A stretch of 32,000 bases of DNA from Fibrobacteria bacterium (lineage in GTDB: Bacteria > Fibrobacterota > Fibrobacteria > UBA11236 > JADFYW01), in contig JBNKOC010000032.1 of the NCBI GenBank assembly GCA_050294405.1, positions 61,677 to 93,676 of the forward strand, given 5' to 3'. Shown piece by piece: positions 1 to 11,100 of this stretch; position 1 is the stretch's first letter; each line of letters starts with the position of its first letter. The translations under genes were made by a program, and so were the position numbers. Under the pieces are notes generated by a model. That model saw only the letters and a program-made list of their open reading frames with translations. It was not told the DNA's origin and did no database searches.

Positions 1-281
1 GGATTTTCTTCCGTTCAGAAAACATGGGGAAAGCATTTTCATATATCTCAAAACTCTTCTCGTTTAATTTTAAATTAGATTACTTAGGTATTGAACGATA
101 TAATTTTGAAGCGATTCCTATAATTCTTTTATTTTTCGTTTTAGAATGGTCTGCAAGGTTGAAGCGTCATCCTCTCCAGGATTCAAAATTTTCACTTATA
201 AAAACCGTAGTTATTGTGTTACTAATTATTCTTTTAGGTTCTTTTATAGAGAATAGCGAATTTATTTACTTCCAATTTTAA
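1..281 (+). CDS. MBOAT-family membrane O-acyltransferase (AlgI/DltB-like), 3' end only; the gene starts left of the window
   Basis: Frame 3 is open from the window edge (IFFRSENMGKAFSYISKLF...). Hydrophobic segments follow, and the C-terminus ...NSEFIYFQF is the ending I associate with AlgI/MBOAT proteins. An SGNH/DltD-like partner gene starts 1 nt after the stop. Confidence 0.6.
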   Translation, partial: IFFRSENMGKAFSYISKLFSFNFKLDYLGIERYNFEAIPIILLFFVLEWSARLKRHPLQDSKFSLIKTVVIVLLIILLGSFIENSEFIYFQF

Positions 282-282
282 A

Positions 283-1170
283 ATGTCTCAATTTTTAAAT
301 TTTTTACTTAAACTTTTGGCTATCGTAATTATATGTGCATTTGCAATTGACACTGTCATTACATATTCATACCCTAAGTTAACGGCTAGAAGCCATGCGG
401 ATTGGATATTTTCTTTACCACCAGAAACTAGTTTTGATTGCATATTTTTGGGTTCATCTCGCTCTTCGCAACATGTTATTCCAAAAATGATTGAGGAACA
501 AACAGGAAAAAAATGTGCTAATTTTGGATACGCCGCATCCAAGCCATTTGAAATAAAGTTAACCTTTATGGCCCTTAGGAAGAGGATTCATTTGAAAAAG
601 GTTTTTATTCAAATAGACCAAAGTTGGAATATTAGCAATCCAGATGTTTTAGCCCAATCCCAATGGATGCCTTACATAAAAAAACCTGAGATACAGGGCT
701 ATTTTAAAGACCTTGGAAATGACTACATTGTTTTATCTTATATTCCTTTAATTCGATACAGCTTGAATAACCCTAAAATAGGAGTTAGAAATTTATTTTT
801 TAAGTTAGTTGGAAAAGAATTAGACGTCATTCCATCACTAGGGTATTCAAATTCAACCCATCCTTTCAAAAACAAAAAGATTTCGGAATATGAAGCTGAA
901 ATTCACAATATCATGAACCCACACATTAAAGAAATTATTGATTATTGTAATGGAAACCAAATACAATTGTTTTTTTACACAGCCCCTTTCTATAAAAATA
1001 CTATTGATTTTTCACCTTTTAATAGCTTAGTGCGAGACTACCATGATTTTTCAAGAGAAATTCCACAAAATAAATTTTACCTTGACCCCTACCACTTAAA
1101 TGAAAGTGGATCTAAAAAATTTACTCAACAGATTATTGATTACTATTTTAAAATTCATGAGGAATTTTAA
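283..1170 (+). CDS. Membrane-anchored SGNH/GDSL-like protein (DltD/AlgJ-like partner of the MBOAT acyltransferase)
   Basis: N-terminal TM helix (FLLKLLAIVIICAFAI). Ser block FLGSSRS near the N-terminus and a DxxH block (DPYHLNESG) near the C-terminus. Immediately adjacent to the MBOAT gene. The family assignment is by motif pattern only. Confidence 0.5.
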   Translation: MSQFLNFLLKLLAIVIICAFAIDTVITYSYPKLTARSHADWIFSLPPETSFDCIFLGSSRSSQHVIPKMIEEQTGKKCANFGYAASKPFEIKLTFMALRKRIHLKKVFIQIDQSWNISNPDVLAQSQWMPYIKKPEIQGYFKDLGNDYIVLSYIPLIRYSLNNPKIGVRNLFFKLVGKELDVIPSLGYSNSTHPFKNKKISEYEAEIHNIMNPHIKEIIDYCNGNQIQLFFYTAPFYKNTIDFSPFNSLVRDYHDFSREIPQNKFYLDPYHLNESGSKKFTQQIIDYYFKIHEEF

Positions 1171-1249
1171 ATCAATTCTGCCTCCTTGGCATTTCTTATA
1201 TTTTGTGATTCAAAATTTATCTACCGGGGTAATTTAAGCAGGAGAATAA

Positions 1250-2668
1250 ATGTTGTATTTGAATTTTTGGAAAACAATGCCAAAAAAAGTTCTGGCCCTG
1301 GTAATATCTGCCAATCTTTCTCTTTTTGCCCTTCCAGAGGGTTTCCAAATTGGGCTGGTGGCCCAGGGTCTCGACCCGGTTATGATGGATATGGCACCGG
1401 ATGGGCGAATATTTATTGCCAATAAACCCGGCCAGATAATGATTGTGGAAAACGATGTTTTGCTTGAAGCCCCATTTGTGGACATAAGCGGAAAAACCAT
1501 TAGCTCTCAGGAACGAGGTTTGTTGGGTGTTGCTGTGGATCCTGATTTTATTAAAACGCCTTATATTTATGCCTGGTACAACGACGTGGATGACCACGCC
1601 TATGTAGTTCGTTGGCTCGCCGATGGCAATTCAGCTAATTTAGAATCAGAGGAAATGGTTTTTGATTTGCAAAATTTTGGCGAAGGCGGGTATCACCACG
1701 GTGGCGATGTGGCATTCGGACCAGATGGCAAGCTATACATAACAAGAGGCAATGGCCACACAGTAAGCAACTCCTCCGACAAAACATCTATTTTCGGCAC
1801 AATACTCAGGGTAAATAAAGACGGTAGCATTCCCGAAGACAACCCCTTCTACGATGAAAACGAAGGCGATGCCCGAGCCATATGGATTTGGGGTGTGCGC
1901 AACAGCTTCAATTTAACCTGGCAGCCCGGGACAAACCTTATGTATTTTAACGATGTTATGGACAACAACCGTGATGACGAAATAAACGAAGGTATTGCCG
2001 GAGAAGGCTATGGCTATGATGGTGGCGGAAGCGTAGAGCCGCTTTATACATGGGGCAGCACTGGCAACGCATTAATGGGAGGCGTTTTTTACAACAAAAA
2101 AAGAGAGAGCCATGAGTTGCAATTTCCCGAAGAGTATCTGGGCCTGTATTTTTTTGGCAACAATGGAGGCAGCCAGGATATACGTACTTTAAACCCACAG
2201 GGCCATGAAGTACTTGACTTTGAAAATGGATATTGCGTGGTGGACTTTGTTATTGACCCCTTGGGCTCATTGTATGGTACCGACAGATGCGAAGGCGGCA
2301 TTATTAAAATAACTTATCCTGAAGCCATGGGCGAATTCACAATGGGTTGTACCGATTCCACAGCTTCTAATTACAATGGAAATGCTAATTTGGATGATGG
2401 AAGTTGTGATTTTGAAAACAGCGCTTCTGTGGCGTTTCCTGGTAAAGGCCAAAAACTCCAATACAGCCGCGGTATTTTATCTTTCCCCGGGATAAAATCG
2501 GGAAATTACAAATTGCAAATACACAACATCCAGGGGCAAATGGCATATGAAAACAATTTGTCCTTAGCAAATAATTATGGAATTAAATTAGGCTTAAAAC
2601 CCGGATTGTACAATTTGAAGATATCTGGAAATGCTGTGTTTGCTGTCCAAAAATTTTTGGTTAAATAG
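1250..2668 (+). CDS. Secreted PQQ-dependent (soluble glucose/sorbosone dehydrogenase-like) beta-propeller protein with a T9SS C-terminal sorting domain
   Basis: AGGAGA SD just upstream of the ATG and a signal peptide (KKVLALVISANLSLFA). Family signatures ERGLLGVAVDPDF, HHGGDVAFGPDGKLYITRGN and WGVRNSFNLTW. The last ~75 aa (YKLQIHNIQGQ...GLYNLKISG...KFLVK) look like a Por/T9SS CTD. Confidence 0.8.
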   Translation: MLYLNFWKTMPKKVLALVISANLSLFALPEGFQIGLVAQGLDPVMMDMAPDGRIFIANKPGQIMIVENDVLLEAPFVDISGKTISSQERGLLGVAVDPDFIKTPYIYAWYNDVDDHAYVVRWLADGNSANLESEEMVFDLQNFGEGGYHHGGDVAFGPDGKLYITRGNGHTVSNSSDKTSIFGTILRVNKDGSIPEDNPFYDENEGDARAIWIWGVRNSFNLTWQPGTNLMYFNDVMDNNRDDEINEGIAGEGYGYDGGGSVEPLYTWGSTGNALMGGVFYNKKRESHELQFPEEYLGLYFFGNNGGSQDIRTLNPQGHEVLDFENGYCVVDFVIDPLGSLYGTDRCEGGIIKITYPEAMGEFTMGCTDSTASNYNGNANLDDGSCDFENSASVAFPGKGQKLQYSRGILSFPGIKSGNYKLQIHNIQGQMAYENNLSLANNYGIKLGLKPGLYNLKISGNAVFAVQKFLVK

Positions 2669-2669
2669 A

Positions 2670-3800
2670 TTACATCATTCCAAAAATAATCATCTGCGCA
2701 CTCACTCCCCCAAAGCGAGTTCCGTCACTAAACCTCGCCAAGATAAGCTTCCCCTTAAATTCAGGGTATGGCACTATGTTATTCTCATTGCAGTTAAAGC
2801 TAGGGGCTAATGGGTCCCAAAGATGGTTAGCATTGAATGAGGTGATTATATTAGGGTGGCTATCCAACCATTGGCATATGGGTTCCAGCCCTTCTACTGG
2901 GGATACAATAATTTCCATAGATTCTACAACACCAGCGCTAAATGAAGTATCGGAATTGGGAGCCAAAATTATATTTGGAGTGGGAAGTGGTCTTGGAGGC
3001 AATTCGGACTCGGCAATTCTATTTAAGCTTGCTTTAAGGGGACCATATTGATTGTGGTGAAACATTTCAAAACTTAGCTCGGAATAGTCTTCTGAAAAAG
3101 ACAAGTTTTTAATTTGATCGATATTTTCTGTACTATGTTCGAAAAAGATTAGAATAGTTCCCGATGCTTTTCCCCCAACGCTGATATTATCCAGCTGAAT
3201 ATATTTGGCTGGACTATCATTATCAGTACCATAATAAAACGCGGGAATGGCATCCGTATCAACATTATAAGCGCTATAATTCCCATTCTCATCAATATGA
3301 AGAGCAATTTGATAGGGCTCAGTCCATGGAGTCTCCATTGTTCCCAAATAGTAACCAGGCAAATTCGCTTTCAGTTCTTTTAATTTTTCAATAAGGCCAT
3401 CATTACTAACAAGTATGGGTTGCAAAACCTGGATGTATATGATCAATTCTTTTTGAGAATCTTCCACATTTGCTTGAAGTGTAATTTTATATAGGCCTGG
3501 CTCCGTGGGCTGCCAATCATCCAGGGCATCAGAAATTATTTTTTCAACAAGTTTTCCTTCCTTTTGGATTGTCCAAGTATACTCCACATCATTTCCCACC
3601 CCTTCCTCATTTAATTCTAAAACCGGAGTTAAAGTCATGCTTTGGCCAAGGCTTACATCATTTTCAACACCACTAACATCTAAAGATTGTATCTCAATAT
3701 TTTCATTGGTCTTTTCAGACGGTTCCGAAATTTTTTCAAGTTTGCAAGAACTTAAAATCAGAGCACAACAAATTCCCAGTAAAATGAATGGCATTTTCAT
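2670..3800 (-). CDS. Putative lipoprotein of unknown function
   Basis: Signal peptide with a lipobox (ALILSSC). Contains an Ig/PKD-like stretch (EYTWTIQKEG...GLYKITLQANV). No catalytic motif recognised. Convergent with the dehydrogenase gene. Confidence 0.6.
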   Translation of the reverse strand: MKMPFILLGICCALILSSCKLEKISEPSEKTNENIEIQSLDVSGVENDVSLGQSMTLTPVLELNEEGVGNDVEYTWTIQKEGKLVEKIISDALDDWQPTEPGLYKITLQANVEDSQKELIIYIQVLQPILVSNDGLIEKLKELKANLPGYYLGTMETPWTEPYQIALHIDENGNYSAYNVDTDAIPAFYYGTDNDSPAKYIQLDNISVGGKASGTILIFFEHSTENIDQIKNLSFSEDYSELSFEMFHHNQYGPLKASLNRIAESELPPRPLPTPNIILAPNSDTSFSAGVVESMEIIVSPVEGLEPICQWLDSHPNIITSFNANHLWDPLAPSFNCNENNIVPYPEFKGKLILARFSDGTRFGGVSAQMIIFGMM

Positions 3801-3963
3801 TCTTACTCCTTTATAAGCTAGTTGAGTTATTATTAATTTACTTATAATAAGTTGAAAAGAAACTGATTAATAAAAATACCGTATTCTTTTAGTCAACAAT
3901 ATGGCAGCAACAAAGTATGCATATATTAAAATCCCCACACTTTGAAGCCATGATTTCATAGAA

Positions 3964-3997
3964 CAAAAAAAAAGCCAGCCTGAAATTCAGACTGGCT
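3964..3997 (-). terminator. Rho-independent terminator downstream of gltD (hairpin usable on both strands)
   Basis: On the minus strand AGCCAGTCTGAATTTCAGGCTGGCT (arms 3973-3978 and 3992-3997, with an inner CTGA/TCAG extension) is followed by a run of nine T (3964-3972). It lies 22 nt after the gltD stop. Confidence 0.8.
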
Positions 3998-4018
3998 TTT
4001 TAATTTTAAAAGGAAATG

Positions 4019-5500
4019 TTAGGGAAGTTGGGTAGAACCCATTAAAAAGCGGTCTACCTCACGAGCAGCTCCACGCCCTTCATTAATGGCCCACACCACC
4101 AGGCTTTGCCCACGGCGCATATCACCTGCGGCAAAGATACCTTCCACATTAGTGCGGTATTTTTCAAAATCCGCCTTCACATTGCTGCGAGCATCCCTTT
4201 CCAAATCAAGCTGTTCGGCAATAATATCTTCAGGGCCTAAAAATCCCATGGCTAAAAGAACCAAATCAGCGGCAATAACCTTATCGCTTCCGGGAATTTC
4301 TTTTGGAGTGGGACGGCCATTTTCCATAACCCATTCAATTTTTACGGTATGTAACGCTTTAACATTACCTTGGTCATCGCCTTCAATTTTTTTGGTCATA
4401 ATGGAATATTCACGTGGGTCCTGTCCAAAAACAGCTGCCGCTTCTTCCTGGCCGTAATCCATGTTATATACTTTTGGCCATTCGGGCCAAGGGTTATTTT
4501 TAGCCCTTTCCATTGGAGGTTTGGACATGATTTCAAGTTGGGTAATAGTTTTACATCCATGACGCACAGACGTGCCTACGCAATCAGTTCCGGTATCACC
4601 ACCGCCAATTACCACTACATTTTTATCCTTCGCGCTGATGTAATTCCCATCTTTTAATTGGCTGTCCAAAAGGCTTTTAGTGTTAGCTGTTAAAAATTCC
4701 ATTGCAAAATGGACACCCTTCAGATTTCTTCCTTCAATGGGAAGGTCGCGGGGCTTGGTGGCTCCGCAGCAAAGAACTACAGCATCGTACTCTTTTTGAA
4801 GTTCTGACATCTTAACATCTACACCAACATTTACCGATGTTTTAAATTCAACTCCCTCTTCCCGCATGATATTGACACGGCGTTCCACAATTTTTTTATC
4901 TAATTTCATATTAGGAATACCATACATCAAAAGGCCGCCAATTCTATCAGCTCTTTCCAAAACAGTTACATTATGGCCTGCGAAATTTAATTGTCCAGCG
5001 GCCGCCAAACCAGAGGGGCCGGAACCAATTACAGCAACTTTTTTACCAGTTCTTTTGCTGGGAATTTTAGGGACAACCCAGCCATTTTCAAAAGCCATGT
5101 CCGCAATGGATACTTCATTATTTTTAATGGTAACTGCAGGCTCATTTATTCCCAATACACAAGATCCTTCACAGGGAGCGGGACAAACCCGTCCAGTAAA
5201 TTCAGGAAAGTTGTTTGTTTTGTGAAGCCTTTCCGAAGCTTCTTCCCACAATCCGTGATAAATTAAATCGTTCCATTCGGGTATAAGGTTGTTAATGGGG
5301 CAGCCAGAAGCCATCCCGCTAACCATATCACCAGTATGGCAAAAAGGCACGCCGCAGTCCATACATCTGGCGCCCTGTTCCTTTTGCTCTTCAGGATTGT
5401 GGTTAATATGAAACTCATTCCAGTCCTTAATACGCTCAAGGGGGCTTCGGTCTGAGTGGGTTTTTCTTTTTATTTCTAAAAATCCAGTTGGTTTTCCCAT
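4019..5500 (-). CDS. gltD: Glutamate synthase (NADPH) small subunit
   Basis: Canonical N-terminus [12 protein letters not shown]. Fe-S Cys clusters (CMDCGVPFC...GCP; CPAPCEGSC). Two dinucleotide folds ([23 protein letters not shown]). I place the start at ATG 5500 (AAGGAA upstream) rather than the TTG at 5530 used by the ORF track. Confidence 0.93.
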   Translation of the reverse strand: MGKPTGFLEIKRKTHSDRSPLERIKDWNEFHINHNPEEQKEQGARCMDCGVPFCHTGDMVSGMASGCPINNLIPEWNDLIYHGLWEEASERLHKTNNFPEFTGRVCPAPCEGSCVLGINEPAVTIKNNEVSIADMAFENGWVVPKIPSKRTGKKVAVIGSGPSGLAAAGQLNFAGHNVTVLERADRIGGLLMYGIPNMKLDKKIVERRVNIMREEGVEFKTSVNVGVDVKMSELQKEYDAVVLCCGATKPRDLPIEGRNLKGVHFAMEFLTANTKSLLDSQLKDGNYISAKDKNVVVIGGGDTGTDCVGTSVRHGCKTITQLEIMSKPPMERAKNNPWPEWPKVYNMDYGQEEAAAVFGQDPREYSIMTKKIEGDDQGNVKALHTVKIEWVMENGRPTPKEIPGSDKVIAADLVLLAMGFLGPEDIIAEQLDLERDARSNVKADFEKYRTNVEGIFAAGDMRRGQSLVVWAINEGRGAAREVDRFLMGSTQLP

Positions 5501-5522
5501 ACTTATAAAATTCCTTTTGATG

Positions 5523-8500
5523 TTAGGCAAGACTTACATGGAATGCTTCCAATAAAGCCTCATCTCCTTTAAGTCCCTTGGCCTTTACCATTTCTGTGGC
5601 TTCCACAACACGCTTGTAATCGCGGGGATAAACTTTAACAAAATGCTTAATATTATCTTCCCATCTATCCAGGATGCGTTTTGCAAGCGCGCTTCTGGTG
5701 ATTTCAGCATGGGTAGAAATATATCCCTTGAGTTCCGAGATTTCTTTATCCTCTTCCACTTTGTACAAATCCACCAGACCCGTATTGCAGCGGCCGGGGA
5801 AAATATTTTGAGGATCGTATACATATGCCAATCCACCGGACATGCCAGCGGCAAAATTTCTTCCAGTGGGTCCAAGTACGACAACCCGGCCCCCTGTCAT
5901 ATATTCGCAACCGTGATCCCCCACCCCTTCTACAACAGTGGTAGCGCCGCTATTGCGCACCGCAAAGCGCTCTCCGGCCATACCTGAAAAGTAGGCTTCT
6001 CCGGCAGTTGCTCCGTAAAGAGCCACGTTTCCAATAATGATATTTTCTTCAGCCAGGTAAGGCGCCACGTTGGGAGGAGACACTATAATTTTTCCTCCGG
6101 AAAGGCCTTTGCCCACATAATCGTTGGCATCGCCTTCCAGATACATGGTCATACCCGAGGGCACAAAGGCGCCAAAACTTTGTCCTGCAGAGCCTTTAAA
6201 ATGCAACTTAATGGTTCCTGCAGGCAGTCCTTCTGCTCCGTATTTTCTGGAAATTTCACTTCCGGTAATGGTTCCCACTACACGGTTGGTGTTTTTAATA
6301 AGGAAGTTCGCCTCAACCTTTTCGCCTTTTTCAATGGCTGGCCGGCATGCGTCCAAAATTTCGGTCATATCCAGAGAATCTTCCAAACCGTGATCCTGAT
6401 CCATTTGGTGGTATTGACCAACTGTTGAGGGAACAACGGGCTTGTGCAAGATTTTTGAAAAATCTAACCCCTTTGCCTTCCAATGTTTGATGGCTTTGCG
6501 GGTTTCCAGCTTGTCAACTCGGCCAATCATTTCATTCAGGTTGCGGAAACCCAATGAAGCCATAATTTCCCGAAGTTCCTGGGCCACAAAATGCATATAG
6601 TTCACAACATGGGCCGGATCACCGGTGAATTTTTCTCTGAGCTCAGGGTTTTGAGTGGCAACACCCACTGGACAGGTTCCCAAATGGCATTTGCGCATCA
6701 TAATACATCCAAGCACCACCAAAGGCGCCGTGGCAAATCCAAATTCTTCGGCACCCAAAAGAGCTGCCACAGCAACATCACGACCAGTTTTTAACTGGCC
6801 ATCGGTTTCCACCACAATTCGGCTGCGTAAATCATTCATCACTAAAGTCTGATGAGTTTCCGCAAGGCCTAATTCCCAGGGAAGCCCTGCGTGATAAATG
6901 CTGGTTATGGGAGATGCGCCAGTTCCACCGTCGTATCCGCTAATTAACACAACATCCGCATGGCCTTTGGCCACACCTGCAGCGATAGTGCCCACTCCCA
7001 TTTCGGAAACCAATTTCACATTTATGCGCGCCTTGTTATTGGCGTTTTTCAAATCGTGGATCAATTCGGCCAAATCTTCGATGGAATAAATATCGTGATG
7101 AGGCGGCGGAGAAATAAGTTCCACACCAGCTGTACTTCCTCTAACTTTTGCTATCCAGGGATACACTTTTTTGCCGGGCAATTGGCCGCCTTCTCCGGGT
7201 TTAGCCCCCTGGGCCATTTTAATTTGAATTTCATCGGCATTTACCAGGTAATGGCTGGTCACACCAAAGCGCCCGGAAGCCACCTGCTTAATGGCGCTTC
7301 GACGCAAGTCCCCATTTTCATCGGGGGTAAAACGACGGGGATCTTCCCCACCTTCACCGGTGTTGCTTTTTCCACCCACCCGATTCATGGCAATCGCTAA
7401 AGATTCGTGGGCTTCTGCGCTAATGGACCCATAGGACATAGCCCCTGTTTTAAAACGCTGGCAAATAGATTCCACGGATTCCACTTCTTCGATAGGAATG
7501 GGGTCCATATTTGTTTTAAATTCCAGCAATCCACGTAAGGTGTATAATTGCTTGGATTGGTTGTTTACAGCGTCTGCAAATTCTTTATACAAATCATAAT
7601 CACCCACTGCTGTGGACTTTTGCAGAGCATGTATGGTTTTTGGATTGAACAAATGGAGTTCCCCATTTTTACGCCAATTCAATTTACCGCCCACTCCCAA
7701 TGTTTTGCTGTTGCCCCTTTCATCAAAGGCTGCCTGATGACGCAATAGAGCTTCGTTTGCAATCACTTCAAGGCCTACCCCTTCGATTCGAGTGGCTGTC
7801 CAGGTAAAGTACTTTTGAATGAGGTTTTGATCCAATCCGATGGCTTCAAAGATTTGAGCTCCCCGGTAACTGGCAATGGTGGAAATACCCATTTTAGATA
7901 AAACCTTAATGATACCCGTATTGGCCGCTTTGAAGAAATTCTTTTCGGCAGCTTTGTAATTAAGGCCATTCAACTCATTTTTATCTGCCAAAGATTTTAA
8001 TGTATCCAACGCCAGATAAGGGTTTATTCCGCCAGCTCCATACCCCAACAATAAGGCAAAGTGATGTACTTCGCGAGCTTCCGCCGTTTCGATAACAATA
8101 CCAACACGGGTGCGTTGGCCGTTTCGGATAAGGTGGTGGTGCAAGCCAGATACAGCTAGCAAGGATGGAATAGCGGCTTTTTCTCTGGATATTCCTCTGT
8201 CGGATAAAATGAGAATCGTCTTGCCTTCCGCAATGGCTGCATCTGCTTTTTCAAAAAGGCTATCTAACGCAGCTTCCAGTCCTTCCGCTCCGTTATCAAA
8301 GGGAAAATGTATAGGCAATGTCGCTGTTTTTAAAGATTCGGTATTGAGCTCCCTTATTTTTTGCAAATCCTGATTGGATAACATGGGGCTATCCAAACGC
8401 AATTGCTTGCAGTTTGTCTCATCGGAAGAAAGCAGATTTCCCTGACTCCCAAGAAGCGAATCCGTAGCAGTCACCAGTTCTTCTCTAATAGCATCTAATG

Positions 8501-10088
8501 GAGGGTTAGTTACTTGGGCAAAAAGCTGTTTGAAATAACTGTAAAGTAGCTGGGGTTGGCTCGATAAAACGGCCAAAGGCGTATCGTTACCCATAGATCC
8601 AATGGGGTCTTTACCCGCAATACCCATGTCTGATAAAATCTTTTGGATTTCTTCGGTGGTGTATCCAAAAGCTTGTTGCAAGCTAAACAGTTCTTTTCCA
8701 GAAGTGGATGTGGCTTCGGTTTCGGCTGTTAAATCCTTTAGGTTCATTAAATTTTTATTGAGCCATTCCCTGTAAGGATGTTGTTTAACCAGCTCGTCTT
8801 TAAGTTCGCTGTCCGAAACGATTTTCTTTTTAATGGTATCCACCATAAACATACGGCCAGGTTCTAAACGCCCTTTTTTAACCACATTTTCGGGAGGTAT
8901 TTCCAATACGCCCACTTCAGAGGCCATTATGACCAAATCATCTTTAGTAACCCAATAACGGGAAGGACGCAAACCATTTCTATCTAACACGGCCACTACC
9001 CTGTCGCCATCCGTTGCGGCGATGGAAGCAGGGCCATCCCAGGGTTCCATAATGCAACTGTGGTATTCGTAAAAAGCCTTGCGGGCATCATCCATATCGT
9101 TGTGGTAAAACCAGGGTTCGGGAATCATCATCATTAAGCTGTGGGCCAAACTGCGGCCGCCCATGACCAAAAATTCCAAGCAGTTGTCGAAGATGGCTGA
9201 ATCAGAACCATTGGGGTTTAATATGGGAAAAACTTTAGATACATCAGGGCCAAAAACTTTGGATTGAATTTGAGTCTCCCGGGCGTGCATCCAGTTGTAA
9301 TTGCCACGTACAGTATTGATTTCGCCGTTGTGAATTACATAGCGATTGGGGTGCGCCCTGTCCCAGCTGGGGAAAGTGTTGGTGGAAAACCTGGAATGCA
9401 CCAGGGCCAAAGCGGATTCCACATCCTTATCCAAAAGTTCAGGAAAGTACTTGTATACTTGTTCGGACAATAACATACCCTTGTATACAATGGTTTTAGA
9501 AGACAATGAGGGGATAAAAAAGTTTTCCCGGCCCATATCGGTGGATTCATTAATTCCGTTTTCAATTTTTTTGCGGATTAAGAACAGTTTGCGTTCAAAA
9601 TCCTGAGTGCTTTTAATTTTTTTGCCCTTTTTTATAAACACCTGCAAAATAAAGGGGGCACAAGCCTTGGCTGTGTTGCCCAGAGAGGAATCGTCGGTGG
9701 GAACCGGACGCCAACCCAAAAGCTCTTGTTTTTCTTCGCGGATAACTTTTTCAATCAACTGCTCGGCCAAATCGCGACGGCCAGCTTCTTTGGTTAAAAA
9801 CACCATGCCTACGCCGTAATCCCCTTCTTTGGGAAGTGTAAAACCCAACTGAGGCTCAATTTTTTTGAAAAAACTATGGGGAATTTGAATTAATATTCCA
9901 GCCCCATCGCCTGTATTGGGTTCGCAACCACTGGCTCCACGGTGGGTTAAATTGTCCAAAACCATGAGGGCTTGCTTCACGATTTGGTGGGATTTTTTGC
10001 CTTGCATATTTACTACAAAGCCAATTCCACAAGCATCGTGTTCATAGTCAGGGTTATACAGCCCTTGGGCCTTTGGTCTCTCAATCAT
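5523..10088 (-). CDS. gltB: Glutamate synthase large subunit
   Basis: 1521 aa. Ntn-amidotransferase Cys after a short propeptide (HDACGIGFV), central FMN/Fe-S domains and a C-terminal Gly-rich beta-helix domain. Lies directly upstream of gltD. Confidence 0.95.
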   Translation of the reverse strand: MIERPKAQGLYNPDYEHDACGIGFVVNMQGKKSHQIVKQALMVLDNLTHRGASGCEPNTGDGAGILIQIPHSFFKKIEPQLGFTLPKEGDYGVGMVFLTKEAGRRDLAEQLIEKVIREEKQELLGWRPVPTDDSSLGNTAKACAPFILQVFIKKGKKIKSTQDFERKLFLIRKKIENGINESTDMGRENFFIPSLSSKTIVYKGMLLSEQVYKYFPELLDKDVESALALVHSRFSTNTFPSWDRAHPNRYVIHNGEINTVRGNYNWMHARETQIQSKVFGPDVSKVFPILNPNGSDSAIFDNCLEFLVMGGRSLAHSLMMMIPEPWFYHNDMDDARKAFYEYHSCIMEPWDGPASIAATDGDRVVAVLDRNGLRPSRYWVTKDDLVIMASEVGVLEIPPENVVKKGRLEPGRMFMVDTIKKKIVSDSELKDELVKQHPYREWLNKNLMNLKDLTAETEATSTSGKELFSLQQAFGYTTEEIQKILSDMGIAGKDPIGSMGNDTPLAVLSSQPQLLYSYFKQLFAQVTNPPLDAIREELVTATDSLLGSQGNLLSSDETNCKQLRLDSPMLSNQDLQKIRELNTESLKTATLPIHFPFDNGAEGLEAALDSLFEKADAAIAEGKTILILSDRGISREKAAIPSLLAVSGLHHHLIRNGQRTRVGIVIETAEAREVHHFALLLGYGAGGINPYLALDTLKSLADKNELNGLNYKAAEKNFFKAANTGIIKVLSKMGISTIASYRGAQIFEAIGLDQNLIQKYFTWTATRIEGVGLEVIANEALLRHQAAFDERGNSKTLGVGGKLNWRKNGELHLFNPKTIHALQKSTAVGDYDLYKEFADAVNNQSKQLYTLRGLLEFKTNMDPIPIEEVESVESICQRFKTGAMSYGSISAEAHESLAIAMNRVGGKSNTGEGGEDPRRFTPDENGDLRRSAIKQVASGRFGVTSHYLVNADEIQIKMAQGAKPGEGGQLPGKKVYPWIAKVRGSTAGVELISPPPHHDIYSIEDLAELIHDLKNANNKARINVKLVSEMGVGTIAAGVAKGHADVVLISGYDGGTGASPITSIYHAGLPWELGLAETHQTLVMNDLRSRIVVETDGQLKTGRDVAVAALLGAEEFGFATAPLVVLGCIMMRKCHLGTCPVGVATQNPELREKFTGDPAHVVNYMHFVAQELREIMASLGFRNLNEMIGRVDKLETRKAIKHWKAKGLDFSKILHKPVVPSTVGQYHQMDQDHGLEDSLDMTEILDACRPAIEKGEKVEANFLIKNTNRVVGTITGSEISRKYGAEGLPAGTIKLHFKGSAGQSFGAFVPSGMTMYLEGDANDYVGKGLSGGKIIVSPPNVAPYLAEENIIIGNVALYGATAGEAYFSGMAGERFAVRNSGATTVVEGVGDHGCEYMTGGRVVVLGPTGRNFAAGMSGGLAYVYDPQNIFPGRCNTGLVDLYKVEEDKEISELKGYISTHAEITRSALAKRILDRWEDNIKHFVKVYPRDYKRVVEATEMVKAKGLKGDEALLEAFHVSLA

Positions 10089-10320
10089 CGTGTTTCCTTT
10101 ATTTAATTCTCTTTTGCCTTAGGAGTGCTTGACTGAAAGGAAATTCCATTCGGTACGCGCAGGGGCAGCTCCGGCATTTTGCACCCACAATTTGCGGGGC
10201 TCCCATTTAACTCAAAAGGAAAAGAAAATTTAAGTCAAAAAAAGGGGTTTTTCAAATTTTCCCGGGGTTTACCCGATAAAAACACCGTTCTAAAATGGGG
10301 AGTTTTATAGCAAGAAAAAA

Positions 10321-10896
10321 TTACAAATCACCAGCCTCTGCCATCATCTGATGGCGAAGCTCCTCAAAAGCCAATTTATCCCAAGGATCTTCTGGCTGGC
10401 CGAGAAAATGATTTAATTCCGGTTGGTAAACTTCCCAGCCACCTGCCTGAATTTCCAGCTCCAGTTGCTGAGCTCCCCAGCCAGAATACCCCAGAAAAAG
10501 GCGAATTTTGGGAGGGTTTAGGTTTAAAATCCTATCGATTTCTGTCCAATGGCCCCCAAGATGAATATTGCTTGCCAATTGGGTGGCCTCCAGCACCGAT
10601 TCTTCGCTGTGTTGGATAATTTGCAACTCACCCTCCTGTACAGGGCCGCCAATAAACACCTTTTTTACACCTTTTTGGTGAAAATCGAGAGAATTAAAGA
10701 CCTCCGAAAGTGGCATATGGGATACCCGGTTGAGCACCAAACCATAAGCTCCCTCCTCATTGTAATGGCAAATGAGCACAATGGTATCGCTAAAATTTGG
10801 GTCGGCCATGGTTTTGTGGCTAAGCAAAACGCAACCCGGCTTTAGTCTTTTGAGGTAAGTTTCTGCTTCTTTGGGACGCAATCCTTCTAGAGACAT
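10321..10896 (-). CDS. yqgE: YqgE/AlgH-family (UPF0301) protein
   Basis: Family pattern ...MADPNFSDTIVLICHYNEEGAYGLVLNR...GGPV...FLGYSGWGAQQLELE... in a protein of ~190 aa. Confidence 0.8.
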   Translation of the reverse strand: MSLEGLRPKEAETYLKRLKPGCVLLSHKTMADPNFSDTIVLICHYNEEGAYGLVLNRVSHMPLSEVFNSLDFHQKGVKKVFIGGPVQEGELQIIQHSEESVLEATQLASNIHLGGHWTEIDRILNLNPPKIRLFLGYSGWGAQQLELEIQAGGWEVYQPELNHFLGQPEDPWDKLAFEELRHQMMAEAGDL

Positions 10897-11100
10897 GCAA
10901 TTAAATTAGAAAATTTCGCCCAGAATAACTACAATTGCATTTATTTTAAAATTACAAAGGGCAAAAGGCCAAATTTGATTATCTTAAATTCGGGAAGTTT
11001 ACCTTTTGCAAATGTCAGTAGTAAACTACTATTCTTCTACAAAAAAAGTTAGGGGTAAACAACTTTTTCATAATACTGGAACAATTGGAATAGAGAACTT

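Noticed and set aside
1186-1597. Overlapping 79-126-aa ORFs at the 5' end of the dehydrogenase gene
   Set aside because: They overlap a gene that has a clear SD, signal peptide and family motifs. They have no features of their own.
4086-9819. About two dozen 60-146-aa ORFs on both strands inside gltD and gltB
   Set aside because: All lie within, and mostly antisense to, two very confidently identified long genes. These are typical shadow ORFs of relatively GC-rich coding sequence.
10141-10210. Sigma-54 promoter upstream of gltB (an NtrC-type regulator is encoded in the window): TGGGTGCAAAATGCC on the minus strand
   Set aside because: The GG-to-GC spacing is 10-11 nt instead of the 12 nt of TGGCAC-N5-TTGCA, and the -12 element is poor. 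A TGGCAC at 22326-22331 upstream of trpS also fails on spacing.
10089-10320. A 230-nt leader upstream of gltB with a GC-rich patch (GGGAGCCCCGCAAATTGTGGGTGC...) considered as a glutamine-type riboswitch
   Set aside because: Only a short CCCGCA-aat-TGTGGG hairpin can be drawn. I could not match the conserved cores of the glutamine riboswitches I remember. It needs an Rfam scan and is not supportable by eye.
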